Made by a program: the position numbers and the translations under genes. A DNA stretch of 64,000 nucleotides from Zootoca vivipara (Eukaryota). The notes beneath the pieces are model-generated. The model did not search any database. It was not told the DNA's origin and saw only the letters and a list, made by a program, of their open reading frames with translations. Shown here piece after piece: positions 12,314-26,426 of the stretch; position 1 is the first letter of the stretch; each line of letters opens with the position of its first letter. The DNA is taken from assembly GCF_963506605.1 (NCBI RefSeq), contig NC_083292.1, positions 31,062,001 to 31,126,000 on the forward strand. The letters are read 5' to 3'.

Positions 12314-14649
12314 CAGAAGCTAAATCTTAAGACTTTGACAGTTATACATGGGTGGAGGCGGTCCTTCCGAAATCCTGGTTCCCATTCGTTTTTACTGCAA
12401 GGATGGTGAACTTGTGGTCTTCCAGATGTTGCAGGACTCCTTCAGCCCAGTCAGCCAGGCAAGTGATCAGGGATGATTGGGAGCTGTAGTCCAGCAACCT
12501 CTGCAGGGCCACAAGCTCCCCATCCCTAGTTTACTGGGGTAATGACTGCATACAACCAATGCCTGCCTAGTTCAGCATCCTCTTTTCCAGATGCCTCTGG
12601 AACCCCCACAAACAAGGCATGAAGGCAGCCCCCTCCCAGAAATACACACACCAACCTGCATTCCAAATGGAGGATCCATACAACCAACACAGCAGCTCTC
12701 TTTTATCCCCCATTCATCATCCCCCTTTAAAGCAGCCATGGTCATTGCATCTTGTGACAGTGAGTTCCGCAAGTCCGTTAAGCTTCCTGTGAAATTTTCC
12801 CTGCTTCTGCCCTACGTCTACCACCAATCACCTTTTCAAAACCACAGGATCTAGCATTCTATGTAAGTGGAGCCTGCCTGCTGGATCAAACCAGTGGTCC
12901 ATCTAGTCTAGCTTTCAGTTCTCCTAACGGCCAACCAGAAGTCCGAAGGAAGCCCACAGCACAACAGCCCCCTCCCTACTTGCAATTCCCAGCACACTGC
13001 CTCGGACAGCTGAGGGAGAACACAGCCATTGCAGCTAGTAGCCACTTACCCTGCACAAATTTGTCTAATTCTCTTTTACAGCCATCCTTACACAGAACCA
13101 CATGCATATTTCTTGCAGAGAATCATAGTGTTGGAAGGGACCACGAGGGTCATCTAGTCCAACCCCCTGCAATGCAAGAATCTTTTGCTCAACGTGGGGC
13201 TTGAACCCACAGCCCTGGTCTCATGGTCTACACATGAGGATAAGTTAGCGGTCCAAGTTAGTGGCCATCACTAACTCCTGTGGGAGCAAATTCAACAATT
13301 TAGCTATGCCCCACTGTTTGAAGAAGTATTTGTTTTTGTCTGTCCTGAATCTCCCAACCTTCCGTTTCATTGGCTGGCTCAGAGTTCTAGAATTATGAGA
13401 CACAGAGAAAAGCTATCCACCTTCAAGCTGGTGGCCATCACTACATCTGTGAGATAAGAGGGAGGAAAAGTTTCTATCTATCTGCTTTTTTCCACCCCAC
13501 ATGTCTTTTTACAAACCTCTTTTACCATTCTGAGTATTTAATATGGTAATGCTTCGGGATCTAATTCTCCACTCCCCTAACAGCCCCCACCTTGGGGACC
13601 TGCTCTTCATTCTATTTATTTTTTTAAAAGCAAAAGATAGCCCGGAAGAAGAAAAATCAAAATCCACCTCAGAGCAGCACCTTTAATGTTACAAAACAGC
13701 ATGCAAGCTTTTGAGTTTTATTTCTTACTCACCAATTCAACCCTGAAGAAGAGTTTTGGAGAACTGAGAAGCGCGCGCATGCTTGCGCAACATTTTTGCG
13801 GTTGTACCAGTAAAGGTATTGCCGCAATGTGGGTTTTAGGTTTTGTTTTTTAAAAAAATTGAAAGCATTTTCAACTAACCCTTCAGTCAGAAAGCCTCCC
13901 AAAGCACCTTGGTTTAAAAACAAAAAAACAGAAATAAGACAGTCCCTCCCTGCCCTCAGGCTTAAGGTTAAAAACTCATACAAGGAAGAAGGGGAGGAGA
14001 GAGCAGAAGAATGCAAACCCATGATTTGTGTCAAAGCCCCTTCCCCTAAATAGTAATGATTCCTTCTCCCTCTCCCAACTCCTGTTATTTTTTGCACTCT
14101 CTTGCTTCCTCAGTCCCCTGAATTAGGGAGCCGCACTGATGGTTTTTCTCTCCTTCATTCCCCCCCCCCCTCACTTCCAAATTTTAGGGTCGCTTCCTCC
14201 TTTCCAGGTCAATTCTCTCTCCTCTCTCCTGATCTTGGATTTTCAACTCCTCTTCCCTTCAAAATCTTGTATCCCCATCTCCCTCTCCCTCTCCCCCTCT
14301 ACCCAACCCATTCACCCCCCTCTAACCCGCGCCCTGAATTACCAAAATTAGGATCACTCTTTTCTTTCTTCCTCCTGTTTACAGCCAGCAGAGATCCAGC
14401 CACAGTCGCCGGGGCGATGAAGAACTGCCAGCTTCCGTGCCCAATCAAGGCCGTCAACGTCACGGTGGGAGGGAGAGATAAGAACGCTCCTCCTCCTGCT
14501 ACCTTCGGCTCCTCCCACCCCCTTTTCTACCCCCTCCCTCCTCTTTCCACGCTCATTTGATAAGGTAAATTCTCAAAAATGCTTTTGTAAATCGCAGACG
14601 TACCTGCAAAAAAGGGGGAAAGAATTCTTTCTCAATTATTATAGTAGGG

Positions 14650-14785
14650 CAGGCATCCCCAAAATTCGGCCCTCCAGATGTTTTGGACTACAATTCCCAT
14701 CTCCCCCGACCACTGGTCCTGTTAGCTAGGGATCATGAGAGTTGTAGGCCACAACATCTGGAGGGCCGCAGTTTGGGGATGCCTG
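14650..14785. mobile_element. 136-bp hAT MITE, copy 1
   Basis: TIR caggcatccccaaa...tttggggatgcctg; 8-bp TSD tagtaggg. Confidence 0.9.
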
Positions 14786-15799
14786 TAGTAGGGCTAAATG
14801 GCACTGTGAGTTTACATTCAATTCAAATGTACCTATGCAAATATCACTCTCAATGGAGCCAATTTCTGGGTCTTCTTTCCTTCCTTAAACAAATACCATT
14901 TTAAATATATCCAGATTATTTATTTAGTGGTATATAGCCGTAAATAAATGGCCATCATAATTCACAACTCAATTCTGCATACCAGATACAGTATTCAGTG
15001 GCGCCACACACAGATCAATGGCACAGCTCGCATATTTCACAGTGAAAGGATGTCACCCAGTGTTTATCTGTTTATTTCTTCGGAAGGCTTGGAACCCGCC
15101 CTTTGATAAAGGGATTATGGCTGGTTGCGATAACACAAAATATAATACAAAACTGAAATAGTGCAATGGAAAATAAACCCACAGCCAGTGTGTCAACCTT
15201 TAGTCCCAGGATGGTACAGAAACAGATACAGTGGCAAGATCCTTGGACTAGTGCCTGGGAGTCTAGAGTTCAAATTCCTGCTCAGCCCTGAAGCTCAGTG
15301 GGTGACCTTGGGCCAGTCACTGCCTCTCAGCTTTGGCCATCTTTATTTTTCATTTAAAAGTTATTACAATTATTGCCTTTCACCGTGCAATCCTTTATCC
15401 AGAAGCAATATTTATTATCGAGTTCAATGACGCTTACACAAACGTAAGCAAGGAAGATTGCATCTCTCTCCTCCCTTACCTGGGAATTCAGTAGGACTTA
15501 CTTCTGAGTAGACATGGCTAGAATTTTGCCGCAAGCGAGCACTTTTGCTGCTAGTCTGACATTGGGGGTTTCTGTGATATACAGGCAGGGACAATCCCAT
15601 ATTGTCATCAATAAACGTTGGAACATACTGGAGCAGTTGGGAGTTTCATAGCCTCTGCTGATTTATTGGAAGAATATGGGCAGAAGGTGCCCTTACTGGG
15701 CACTAGGACAGAACTGGGAGGGAATAGTTAGGGGGGAGCATTTCCTGGAAACGCACAGAAATCTCTGGGTCCGTACAGTAGTAAGGGAGGAGGGTCAGC

Positions 15800-16030
15800 T
15801 TCATTCGCCCACACTTAAGATGGCGACCGGAAAGAGCGTAGACGCTCTAGCCGGGTGACTTTCTGCGGCCTGTCCCATTCACGAAGCCGCTTACGTCCTT
15901 TGCGTAAAAGGAGACGAGGGTGCTAGAGCGGGCGCTGGTTTCGTCACGCCAAGCCGGTGAGAGGGAGGGGGCGGGCCTTACTCTGTTTGCGCAGCTCGAA
16001 GCTACCAGGAAGAAACGCAGCTGGGGCTGC
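15800..16030. promoter_or_regulatory. CpG-rich, probably bidirectional BAD/GPR137 promoter
   Basis: YY1-like AAGATGGCG (~15816-15824) followed by ETS CCGGAA, CRE half-sites and a GC box (~15962-15976). It lies between the head-to-head BAD and GPR137, as in mammals. Candidate BAD exon-1 donors on the minus strand at 15894 and 15479. Confidence 0.65.
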
Positions 16031-16139
16031 TTTAGGCCTGGGAACCGTCTCTCTCTCTCTCTGTCTCCTCTCCCCCCCATCCCAATTTTTTGGGCAGAAC
16101 ACAGCAAAAGGAAAGGAAGAGCTGCTTATTGTTCGAGAA

Positions 16140-16635
16140 TCCGGAAGGAGCCCAGGGACCCAGGCATCCGACCATCTGAGGGGAGGCTTAAAGGAACCAG
16201 GTATATTGACGTTTAGTCAGGGAAACAAAAAGGACCCAGGCGTCCGAGGGTCTGAAGCGAGGGGATCAAGAGACCCCGGCGCCTGGGAAGAAAAGGGTTA
16301 AGGGACGCAGGCATCCGGCGCCTCAAACTGGAGAAGGCGAAGAAGCCGAGGGAACCAGATGTCCGATACCGCGGAGAAAGCAGAATGAAGAATTCTAGGT
16401 AACCTGGAAATTTGGAGCGAAGGGCACCTGAGCTTCCGGAAAAGCAAAGCAAAACGGGTCCAGCTCTCTGAGGACGGAGCCAAGTGACCAGGGATTTCCA
16501 GAGAAGGAGGCAATCAAGGGATCCAGACATCGAAGGACTAAGGGACCCTGGTGTCCGAGCACTTTGAACAGATGTGGCCCTGAAATCTGGGTGGTTGAGG
16601 AAGCGTTGCAGGACCTGCCAAGCGACCCAGGCACC
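16140..16635 (+). repeat. Degenerate minisatellite-like array (~10 units with core GGACCCAGGYRTCCG)
   Basis: The core recurs every ~25-70 bp upstream of the GPR137 ATG. Confidence 0.6.
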
Positions 16636-17116
16636 TTTCACCTCCTGATCCTGGGGTGGGATGCAAGAGCCCTAGGTTGGGGAGGGGACAGCCCCTCGGG
16701 AGGTGTCTTGTTATTCCTGCTGAACATTTGACAGGATCAGAACCTTGGAGTAACCCAGCTCATTTCCAGGCATAGGAGAAGTCTTCCGTTTGATTTTATT
16801 CACAACAAGAATTGGATTTGTTTCTCGCCTCCATGCCTTCTTAGCAAAGAAGGGTGGGTGGGCCAGCTGTCGTTTCCCCCCCCCTTCTCTCTCCTGCTTC
16901 CAATCCCTTCCACGCTTCCCATGGAACTTGCAAAAATCCCTTGATTCATCTGCTTGAGGGGCTGGCCTCCCGCAGCAGCCCTGAAGGATGTAACCAACTA
17001 CCGAACCCGGGGGCAGCTCCTCCGTCTTAAGAAAGTGGTGCCGGTTGCCTCAAGGCTTGCCCCCTGGAAATGACGCTTTGCTAACCGGACCGGGGCCCAT
17101 CTCGCCAGGATTCAAG

Positions 17117-20100
17117 ATGGAAAAGACCTTTGGCAACCTTAGCGCGATTGTGCCAGCTTCGCGCCTCACCCCGGCCTTCCCGCCGGCCGTCAAGGTTGGG
17201 CTGACGGCTCTGTACACGGGCCTCTATGCCTTGCTTTTCCTTTTGGTCTACGCCCAGCTCTGGCTGGTCCTCTTCTATCGCCACAAGAAGTTCAGCTACC
17301 AGACTGTCTTCCTCTTCCTCTGCCTCTTCTGGGCTGCACTGCGCACCACGCTCTTCTCCTTCTACTTCAAGAACACCCTCAAAGCCAACCACCTGAGCCC
17401 TTTCTTCTTCTGGCTCCTCTACTGCTGCCCCGTCTGCCTGCAGTTCTTCACCTTGACCCTCATGAACTTGTATTTTGCCCAGGTAACTCTTCTGAGGGGG
17501 TGCTTGCTTGCTTGCCCAGGTGGACTGTGGGTAAAAGAGGGGCGCTTGGAATGCTGGGCCAGTTTAGCGGATGGGGCCTTGAGGGTGGGCGAACTCCGGC
17601 TGCCAGGGCCAAATAGTGGCCCTTCAGGCCTCTGTACCTGGCCCTCAGGAACTCTTTCCACACCTCCCACCCTTGAAAATTTCCAATGCCTCTTGCTTGC
17701 CTAGAAAGAGGATGGAGAGGATGTAGAAACCTCTGTCCTCCCCCCCCCCCATGGCTGGAATGTAGCCTCTTGTACAAAGCCATTTCCATTATTCTGCCCA
17801 CTTTTACCTCTGGCCTTGCCCACCACTTGCATGTGTGTCCACCGGCTCCAGAAGCTTCCGCCCCAAGGAATGTGGTTCTCAGCCTGGTTCTTCCCCCCCA
17901 ATATGGGCTCTGTATTGCTTGCTATGCTGCCCCTGGGCAGATGGGTGCTGGAGTCCGCCAATACCTGGAGGGCCACAGGTCCCCTCCCTCTGGCCTCAAT
18001 CCTTGCACACTTGCTGCCTTGAATTCTCAGCCAGTCATTCTGCCTTGTTCGCCTGTCCTCACGATCTCATGGCTACTGGTCATGAAATGGCTCTTAACTA
18101 ATTAGTTTCAGGATCAAAAGTACCATTCCTCTGCAGAAAAAGGGCAATCAAAATGATCAGGGGGCTGGAACAGCAATGAGGAAATGTTGCAACAATTTGG
18201 GCTTTTTTGGGGGTGGGGAGCAAGTAGTGGGGGGTGGGTGCATGATAGACATGTATAAAATTACATACGGTGTAGAGAATAATAAAAATTTTTTATTTAT
18301 ACCCTGCCCTCCCCAGCCAAAGCCGAGTTCAGAGTGGCTAGCACCAAATATAAAACAACTGGTTAAAATACAACTCAACACAAGACTAAATGCATCCAAA
18401 TTAAATTAAAAATTAAAAATGCAACCTCATACAAAAGGGGAAAAGATAGGAAAAATAGGAGAGGGAATCAGGTTGCCTCCATGCCAAATGCCAGGTGGAA
18501 CAACTCTGTCTTACAGGCCCTGCGGAAAGAAATCAGGTCCTGCAAGGCCCTGGTCTCAGGAGACAGAGCGTTCCACCTGGTCGGGGCCAGTGTTGAGAAG
18601 GCTGGTTCTAGTTGAGGCTAATCTGATTTCCTTCGGGCCTGGGACCTCTAAGGTATTACTGTTTATGGACCTTAAGGTCCTCCACGGGGCATACCGGGAG
18701 AGACGGTCCCGTTAAGTACAAGGGTGCTAGGCCGTAAAGGGCTTTAAAGGTCAAAACCAGCACCTTAAATCTGACCCTGTACTCCACCGGGAGTCAGTGC
18801 AGCTGGAAAAGCACTGGGTGAATATGCTCCCATGGCAGGGACCCCGTGAGGAGCCTCGCTGCAGCATTCTGCACCCGCTGGAGTTTCTGGGACAGCTTCA
18901 AGGGCAGCCCCGTGTAGAGCGAATTACAGTCGTCAAGCTTGGAGGGAAGCTTTCTCCCTGCCCCTCTTTTTACAGTGGTACCTTGGGTTACAAATGTTTG
19001 GGTTACAAACACTTCGCTAACCCGGAAGTAGTACCTCGGGTTGAGAACTTTGCCCCAGGATGAGAATGGAAATCGTGTGGCGGCAACGGGAGGCCCCATT
19101 AGCTAAAGTGGTACCTCAGGTTAAGAACGATTTCGGGTTAAGAACGGAGCTCCAGAACAAATTAGGTTCGTAACCGAGGTACCACTGTCCTAGAATCATC
19201 TAATGAAGCTGAATGCTGGGAGATTCAGGATAAACCAACGGAAGCGGCCTTAAACAGAGCAAGACCACGGGTCCATCTAGTTCAGCAGTGTCTGCACGGA
19301 CTGGCAGCAACTCTCCTGGGTTTCAGACTGGGGATTGAACTGAGAGATCCAGCATGCAAAGCAGTTGTTCTGCTGCCACTGAGTTATGGCTCTTCCCCAC
19401 CGACCTCTGCCCTGGTTTCTGTTTTTAAAGGAAGTACTTATTCACAAAGTGCATAGAACAGGGAGGCAACCAGGTGAATTTTCACAGGGAGGAAAGAAGA
19501 CCCAAAAGCCTTGGCACCACCACCAAGAAGGCTCTGTTCCTTACATCACTGCTTGTGATGGTGCCACACAGGGGTGCCAACTTGAATAAAATATTGTGGG
19601 GGCCCAAGTAAGCCCCGCCCTGCATAACTGATCACATGATGCAGTGCACATATACCATTTGAATGGGAATGTCCACCAGCTTTGTGGGGTCTGAAATTTC
19701 AACTTGCTGCACAAATCTAGTTGTTGCCTTTTCAGGGCAGGGTAGTGGTTAGAGGACTGGGCTAGGACCTGAGAGACTTGGGGTCTAATCCTTGTGCAGC
19801 CCTGCAGCTCGCTTGGTGACCGGTCACAGTCTCTTCAGAGCACAAGAGCAAAATATACACACCAGGAGGCTTAGTTTGGACAGAATCGTGAATATGCTTC
19901 CGGAGTTAATGCTAACTCCATTACTTCCAATGAGCCACCTTAGCCGCTAGAGGGCCATGAACACTTTTGTCTGGAGCTTTTTAGCCTGGTCTACCCATGT
20001 GCCATCAGAAAATCAAAAGGCCACATGGGGTGCCAGATGTGAAATATATTGGCATTCTTTTCAGCTCTTCTACCTGGCTATCTTATTAGCAGGCGAAGTT

Positions 20101-23100
20101 ATGCTATGGTTGCTTGTTGCAGGTCCTGCTTGTTTTCTGTAATTGCTAATCCCTGCCCCTTTCTTCCCTTCCCCTCCAGGTGGTTTTCAAGGCCAAAGCA
20201 AAATACCGCCCTGAACTGACCAAAGGCCTGTGAGTAGATGTGTATTTGTGTGTAAAATCATAACATCTTGCATTCTTCCACCTTGCCATATATCCTCCTC
20301 AAGTGTCAGGGAAGAAAAAAGATAAAGTATTTTAGTATTTTTTTTAAAAAAAACAACCACTTGCATTTTCCATTTAAAATAAAAATTAAAAATTAAAAAA
20401 AAAACACCAATGTGGCTCTTCACATAAAATAGCTGGCAAATAAATGGAGAACGCAGGATTGCAAGTTTAAAAGGCAAAATCACAACATTATAGGAAATTA
20501 AAAATACACTCCCCCAGCAGCACCCTAGCTATAGCTTGCAATACAAAAGTAGGAGACAGGGTGAAGTTTCAAAACTGAGTTGTTTGCCTGGCTGGAAGCG
20601 GGTCCTTGAACTCTGATCATGCCTCTTGTTGCCTGGATGAAGAGGAATTTGTGAGTGTGCGTGTAAAACTAACCTATGGTGCACGGGTAAAATTAACCCT
20701 TGCTCTGCCTACCTTAGCCTCTGGATCCACCCACTGCTGGCATGTGGCCCTGGAAGGTTGGCCAGAAGGTAGCCTGGCCCTCTGTCTGAGAAAGGTTCCC
20801 CACCCCCGAAGTATGGGGAGGAGCTTACCTGAGATTCACAGCTGTGATTCGCTCACTCCCGCACACTGCCATTAGATAGCTTTCAGGGGTTTGGAAAATT
20901 TAGGGAGGACAGGCCTCCCGATGGAGCCTCCATGTTCAGGGGCAATCTGTCTCGGACCACCAAATGCTTCGTGCCTTTGACTTGTAGGCTTGCTGGCTGC
21001 ATCTGACTGGACACAGCTGAACGACCAACTGGACTAGAGGGCCCCTGGGTCTGTTCCAGCAGGCCTCTCTCTTCTGTGCTCTTCCACTTTCTCTTTCTCA
21101 GTGGCCTGGCTCGCAAGCAGCACTAAGCTATGGTTTATAAACCATGCTTACCCTTGCTAAAAGCTGGTTGGCTGAACCTGGCCCTGTGGCCTAACTGTGG
21201 TTCATAAATCACAGTTCACCTTAATTTAATAAACCAACACTAACTGCCGTTTAGCATGGGTGTAAGGAGCTGTCACAACCGGAAAGCTACAGAGCTGCAA
21301 CTGGAGAACGGCTCAAAATCGGAACCTTTCCCAATGCCAGGGGGCTCTCGCTGCACATTAGAAGAGCACACTAGCTCTCTCCCTGCTTGCCATTCCAAGC
21401 ACCTGGCATTTTGGGGCAGTCTGCCTCTGACAATGGATGCAGAGCATCTCCACGGGGGCCAGCAGCCGCGCTAACTCTGCCTCCCCGCTTTCTCTCTCCC
21501 AGGTTGGCAGTGCGAGGGGCGTGCCTGGGCGCCAGCCTCCTCTTCCTGGCAGTGAACGTGGTGTGCGCTGTGCTGGTGCGGGGGCGCCGCGCCGAGCCCT
21601 GGGCCGTGGTCCTGGCGCGGGTCCTCATCAGCGACTCGCTGTTTGTGCTGGGGGCTGTCTCTCTGGCCCTTTGCCTCTGCCTCGTTGCCCGGGGTTCTCC
21701 TTCCACCCGCATCTACCTGGAAGCCAAGGTGAGCATTTGCCAGGGGGCGCGGGGGGGGGGGAGCTGGAGCCTGCTGCGTCTTCTTTTCCCTGTGCTATTC
21801 AACGGTAGGGGGTTGACATTGCTGCGGTGGCATCTCATCCCTGCACCGAGACCGCAGCGTTTCACCTGCTGAGCTGGCCCTGGAACTGGTAGCATGTCGG
21901 AGAAAGCTGCCTTGGAGGTCCTGGCTTTTAGCACTTTACATTGTTGCTGGCATCCTTCTGTCTCGGAAGAACATGGAGGAGTGTGCCTTTGGGAGGTGAA
22001 GTCAAACTGCTGGAAGGTTATAGCTGTAGAGATAGATAGGGGAGAGACATGTTTTGTTGCAGCTGGGGCAGATGAAGGTGTCTGGTTGTGCTGCTGCAGA
22101 TTTACCAGGGCGTTTCTTCTCTCGGCTCTCCTCCCGGCGGTCATTCCACCTCTGCTCACTGCTCCAGATGCATGACCTGACTCCAGGCACTGCGCTCGTC
22201 TGCAAGGGATTCCCACACGGCAGGGTTCAACCTAAATTTGGTTTCCAGGACCTCGTGGTTACATTTCCCCCATAGTGTCGGTGGCAGCACACTCCACAAC
22301 CCCTGATGACTCCTCAGGTTATTTGGGTGGCGGGCAACATCCGCAACCTTTGTGTCAGGCAGCCTGTCTGCCCTGGGATCTGCATGCCCGTCGCACACAC
22401 CCTGCTATCAATATTTGTAATGATTGGATCGGCCGCTACCACAGTGCCCCCGGTCCCCAGAGAAGTACCCTTAGCAAAAGAGGATAGGTGTTCGTCCCCC
22501 AAATTACGGATCCTTTCTAAGGGAATGTTCCCCTCTTCCTCAAGGTGATGACACTCTTCTTCCCCAAGACCCTCCTCCCTGATAGCCACGGAGCTGTCGC
22601 CATGAAGGCCTCGCCCACCTGCGGCCAGGGATGATGGGAGCAGTAGTTCAACGCTATCCAACTGGACTCAAGCTCCCATCAGCCGCCAGCTTCCTGTTCA
22701 GCAGTCAGGGACGATAGGAATTTTGGTCCGATAAATATCTGGCGGGCCACCGGGGTCCTACAGCCAGTTTCAAGGCGCAGCAAGGCTCTCTTGATTTGAG
22801 TTTGCTGAGACCCGCTGACCGGTCTCTCTCTTTCCTGTCTGCCCCTTTTCTGTGACAGGGCACCTCGCTGTGCCAAACGGCCGCCATGGGGGGCATCATC
22901 GTCCTGCTCTACGCCAGCCGAGCTTGCTACAACCTGGCGGCCCTGGCTCTGTCCTCCCGCACCCGCCTCGACTCCTTCGATTACGACTGGTACAACGTAT
23001 CTGACCAGGTGAGCAGGACGGGCTAAGTTCGGATTCCTTAAGGGCCAACCTTCCTACCCGGGAGGAGACCCGCCGCAACGGAACGAAACAACGGACTGGG

Positions 23101-26100
23101 CTCCGTTAAATTCCGCGGGTCGACTCTGTGTTGGATGCAGCCATTGCAGCGCAGAGCTAACTTTGTCCACTCGGACCTGGGGCTTAATCCCAGGTAAGTG
23201 GGGTGGGGGGGAGGCTTGCTGCCTCACCCTGCCTTTGTCCAGCCAGTCAGGGGGAAGCTCTGTCTGTCACTGGCTCTGGCTGGACCAGCTATTGGGCTCT
23301 CTGTCTCCCACCCCAGTGGAGAACCATCTGCTCAGGTGTCTCCCTTCTCCCTCCCCTTCCAGGCAGATCTGATCACGGACCTGGGAGACCAAGGTTACGT
23401 CGTCTTCGGCCTCATTCTCTTCATCTGGGAGCTGCTGCCCACGACTCTGCTAGTCGGCTTCTTCCGGGTGCACCGGCCAGCTCAGGATATGGTGAGTTGA
23501 AGCGGTTGGTTGGGAGAGGAGCAGAACCGCAAAAAGGCAGTGGAAGGAGAGACCCGAAGCGTAGGGGGAGGCAGGGGGCTGTTGCCATTATGAGAGCATC
23601 ACTCAGTGCAGCAGGGGTGGGGTGGGGACGTTTTCCACGGGCCACATTCCCTTCTGGGCAGCCTTCCGAGGGCCACAAGCAGAGGCGAAAAGAAAAGAAA
23701 AGCGCCGCGGCAAATTCCGGTTCTTGTCTTTATGTTGCAAAGCAGAAGGAATTCTAGATTTGCTCATTAGTGTTTTTTAAACTGCTTTCTAAAGGCATGC
23801 CTTCCCCAAGCGCCATTTTCAAGAAAGAGGTGGCAGAAAGGTAACCATAGATACAGCAGGCACTTCAGCAGCTCTGAGCCAGACCACTTCCTATCTAGCT
23901 GAAGGCAGCAGCAAAAATGAAACTCCGCAAGGTCTGCTTAAAACTCCTGTATCGTAGGGACGAGGTGCAAATCAGCCGGAGCCAGCTTCATCCCCCCCCC
24001 TATAGTTCCCAACATCCCTGCCCATGGGCCATGCTGGCTGGGATGAATTGAAAGTCATAGAATCATAGAACTGTAGAGTTGGAAGAGACCCCCAAGGGTC
24101 ATCTAGTCCAACCCTCTGCTGCAATGCAGGACTCTTAGCTAAAGCATCCATGACAGATGGCTACCCAACCTCTGCTGAATAACCTCCAAGGAAGGAGAGT
24201 CCGTAACCTCCGGAGGGAGAGCGTTCGGCAACATTTGCAGGGCACCAGAATGAGGACAGCTGGTGAAAGTCTTTTGGAAGGGAGCTTTGTAGCTCTGGGG
24301 CACCACCGAGAGGGATGGAGCTTTGCAGTCTTCTGGGTGCAGCTATTTCTGTGGGTGCTGCGTTCTCCTCCAGTGGCGTCTCCCAAGGCTAAGAGCTTGA
24401 ATCCCTTGGGCGCAATCCACTGGCAAGGGCTCCTGCCAAAAAACAGGGCACCAGACATGGCCTTACCTTGCCATCCTGCAGGGAAAGGCAGATTGCAGGA
24501 GCAGCGTCCCCAGTAATGGTGCCTTCCTCCCCACAGAGTGCCAGCCGTGTCTTCAACCGGCAGCTGGGGGTCTCCCGATCCTACTTCTTCGACCATCCCG
24601 GGCAGCGCGACAGTGAAGGACTGACGAGCAGGTAATTTCTCTTCTTCCCCGAGGCCGCAATGGTCCCAGCCTCCAGATTCAGGAGCATAGGGAGCTGCCT
24701 TTATACGGCGTCAAGCCAATGGTCAGTATTGTCTGCACTGACTGGCAGCAGCTCTCCGGGGTTTCCCAGAGGGGACATTCCCAAGCAGATACTCTCCCAT
24801 CTGTTCACTCACACGATGTCAAGGGGTTGTCAGGCGAGCCCAGGTCATCCACAGAGCAGGAAAGAATATGAGACAAGGAATGCAGTTAGCTTTTATTCAC
24901 AGAAAGTAACAACACAGCTGGCTGTGTCTTAATCCAGCTGAACACGTTGCTGAAACTGACCGCTGGACCCGCCCTTCCCCTCTAGCCTCTCACTCTGGAT
25001 CCCTCCGAAGCAGACAAAGGCTGTGTCCGGTGTTAGCAGGGGAGGAGACCCAGCAATACTGCTGGAAAGCAGGGGCAACTTCCAACTCCTCTCTGCCTGA
25101 GTCTGCGCTCACACTGCGACTCCAAGCCTCCAACCCTGTCCTGGAAGGCCCTTCTTCTTCTGACCCCCTCAAGCCCCCTGCTTCTAGCACCTCCCAGCTC
25201 GTAGCTTCCCCAGACTGCTCCCCAGTGTCCCACCACCACGATCCGGAGTCTAAGTCTTCTTCTTCCATGTCCTCTTGGGCTGCCAGTGCTCACCTGTCCT
25301 CCTCATCCAGCTAGTCTCTGACCCAGGAGGAGTCAGCTCAATGGCCCGTGCACTTGGGGTGTCTTATGTCCTGGTGGTGACAGAGGGGAAACTGCTTTCC
25401 TGTTGGCCCTTCCCCCTGGCTCTTCATTTCACAAACTCCTGAGAAGAGTCCTCCTGGGGCCCCAGATTCCCATCCCTGACCCGCTAGCACTAGACTGGGG
25501 CAGGTGTGCGGTCCCTGGCTGACAACCCCACTGCCATCCTTGCACTGGCTCTCCCCCCCTCAGAGGTGGAATGGAAATCATTTCCATGCCTGGAAGTTGT
25601 AAAAGCTCCATCGATGAAGCTGGCACAGCATACCAACAGTCGTTTTACTTACAAAAGCATTTTACTATACTGCTGTGTCATAAGCAGCTTACAGCAATAA
25701 AACTTAAAGCCGTACAATAAAAGCAATACAGAAAGGTTAAACGTCAATTAACCATTGTGGAAGGATATATTCCTAAGTTGCCTGCCTAGGCCTGGTGGAA
25801 TAGAAAAGTTGTCTTATCTTCCCGAGTGCTTCAGCATCACTGAGCCCCATCTCTTACCTAATTCAGGGGTTCCCAACGTGGGTCGTGCCACCCCTAGACT
25901 TGGGGGTGAGGGGTGAGGGGTAAATGATTTCAGACTCTGAAAAGCAGGTACCACTGGATCAAGTTCATCCGTAATTAAACTTAAGTAGTTTTAATTGGAT
26001 TTTGAATAAATGTGCCATTAATAGCGACCGTTTTGAATTTTATCGTGTTGATCTTCCTGAGTGGGCCGTACAAACTACTATTCTGAATTACACTTTTTAT

Positions 26101-26426
26101 AGAGGTGGGGGGCGGGTGGGTTATGGAAACAAGGGGGCAGTGGGTTAGAAACCACTGATCTAATTCCTTTCTTTCCTTTTGCTTCCTAACACCCACATTA
26201 ACTCCCCCACCCACCCACCCAAATTGCCTCTCCTTTCCCACCCCACCCGCTTCCTTCCAGCCTGACGGGACGCCTGGGCAGCGTCGGGAGCTGGTACGGC
26301 TCGATCAACCGCAGCGGGGAGCAGGACTGGTTTGGGGGGCCCCCTCCCACGGCCCCCCTTTTGTTCTCGCAGGCCACGGTGTCCGGCAGCCACCACCACA
26401 GCCTCTATTCCACTCCGCAGAACTGA
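17117..26426 (+). CDS. GPR137: Integral membrane protein GPR137; exons 17117-17482, 20180-20229, 21503-21728, 22859-23008, 23363-23491, 24537-24631, 26261-26426; 393 aa
   Basis: All junctions are GT-AG with consistent phases (0,2,0,0,0,2). Family motifs: [92 protein letters not shown], and C-terminal [11 protein letters not shown]. Position between BAD and KCNK4 matches synteny. Confidence 0.95.
18240..18940 (-). mobile_element. L2 LINE fragment
   Basis: Encodes [15 protein letters not shown]...[10 protein letters not shown], a classic L2 RT C-terminal motif. Confidence 0.8.
18973..19187. mobile_element. Tigger/pogo-like MITE
   Basis: TIR cagtggtacct...aggtaccactg, preceded by TA. Confidence 0.8.
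21880..22215 (-). mobile_element. RTE-clade LINE 3' fragment
   Basis: Degenerate C-terminal zinc-finger-like peptide [18 protein letters not shown]. Confidence 0.55.
24828..25382 (-). mobile_element. Solo-LTR-like element
   Basis: TGTCA...TGACA termini, an internal minus-strand AATAAA, and similarity to 60660-61120. No clean TSD. Confidence 0.55.

Noticed and set aside
16140-16635. CRISPR-like repeat-spacer array
   Set aside because: The DNA is eukaryotic, the repeats are degenerate with irregular spacing, and there are no cas genes.
24990-25314. Acidic/Ser-rich ORFs in a GPR137 intron (similarly 60519-61058)
   Set aside because: They lie within solo-LTR-like repeats and are not needed for the GPR137 reading frame.
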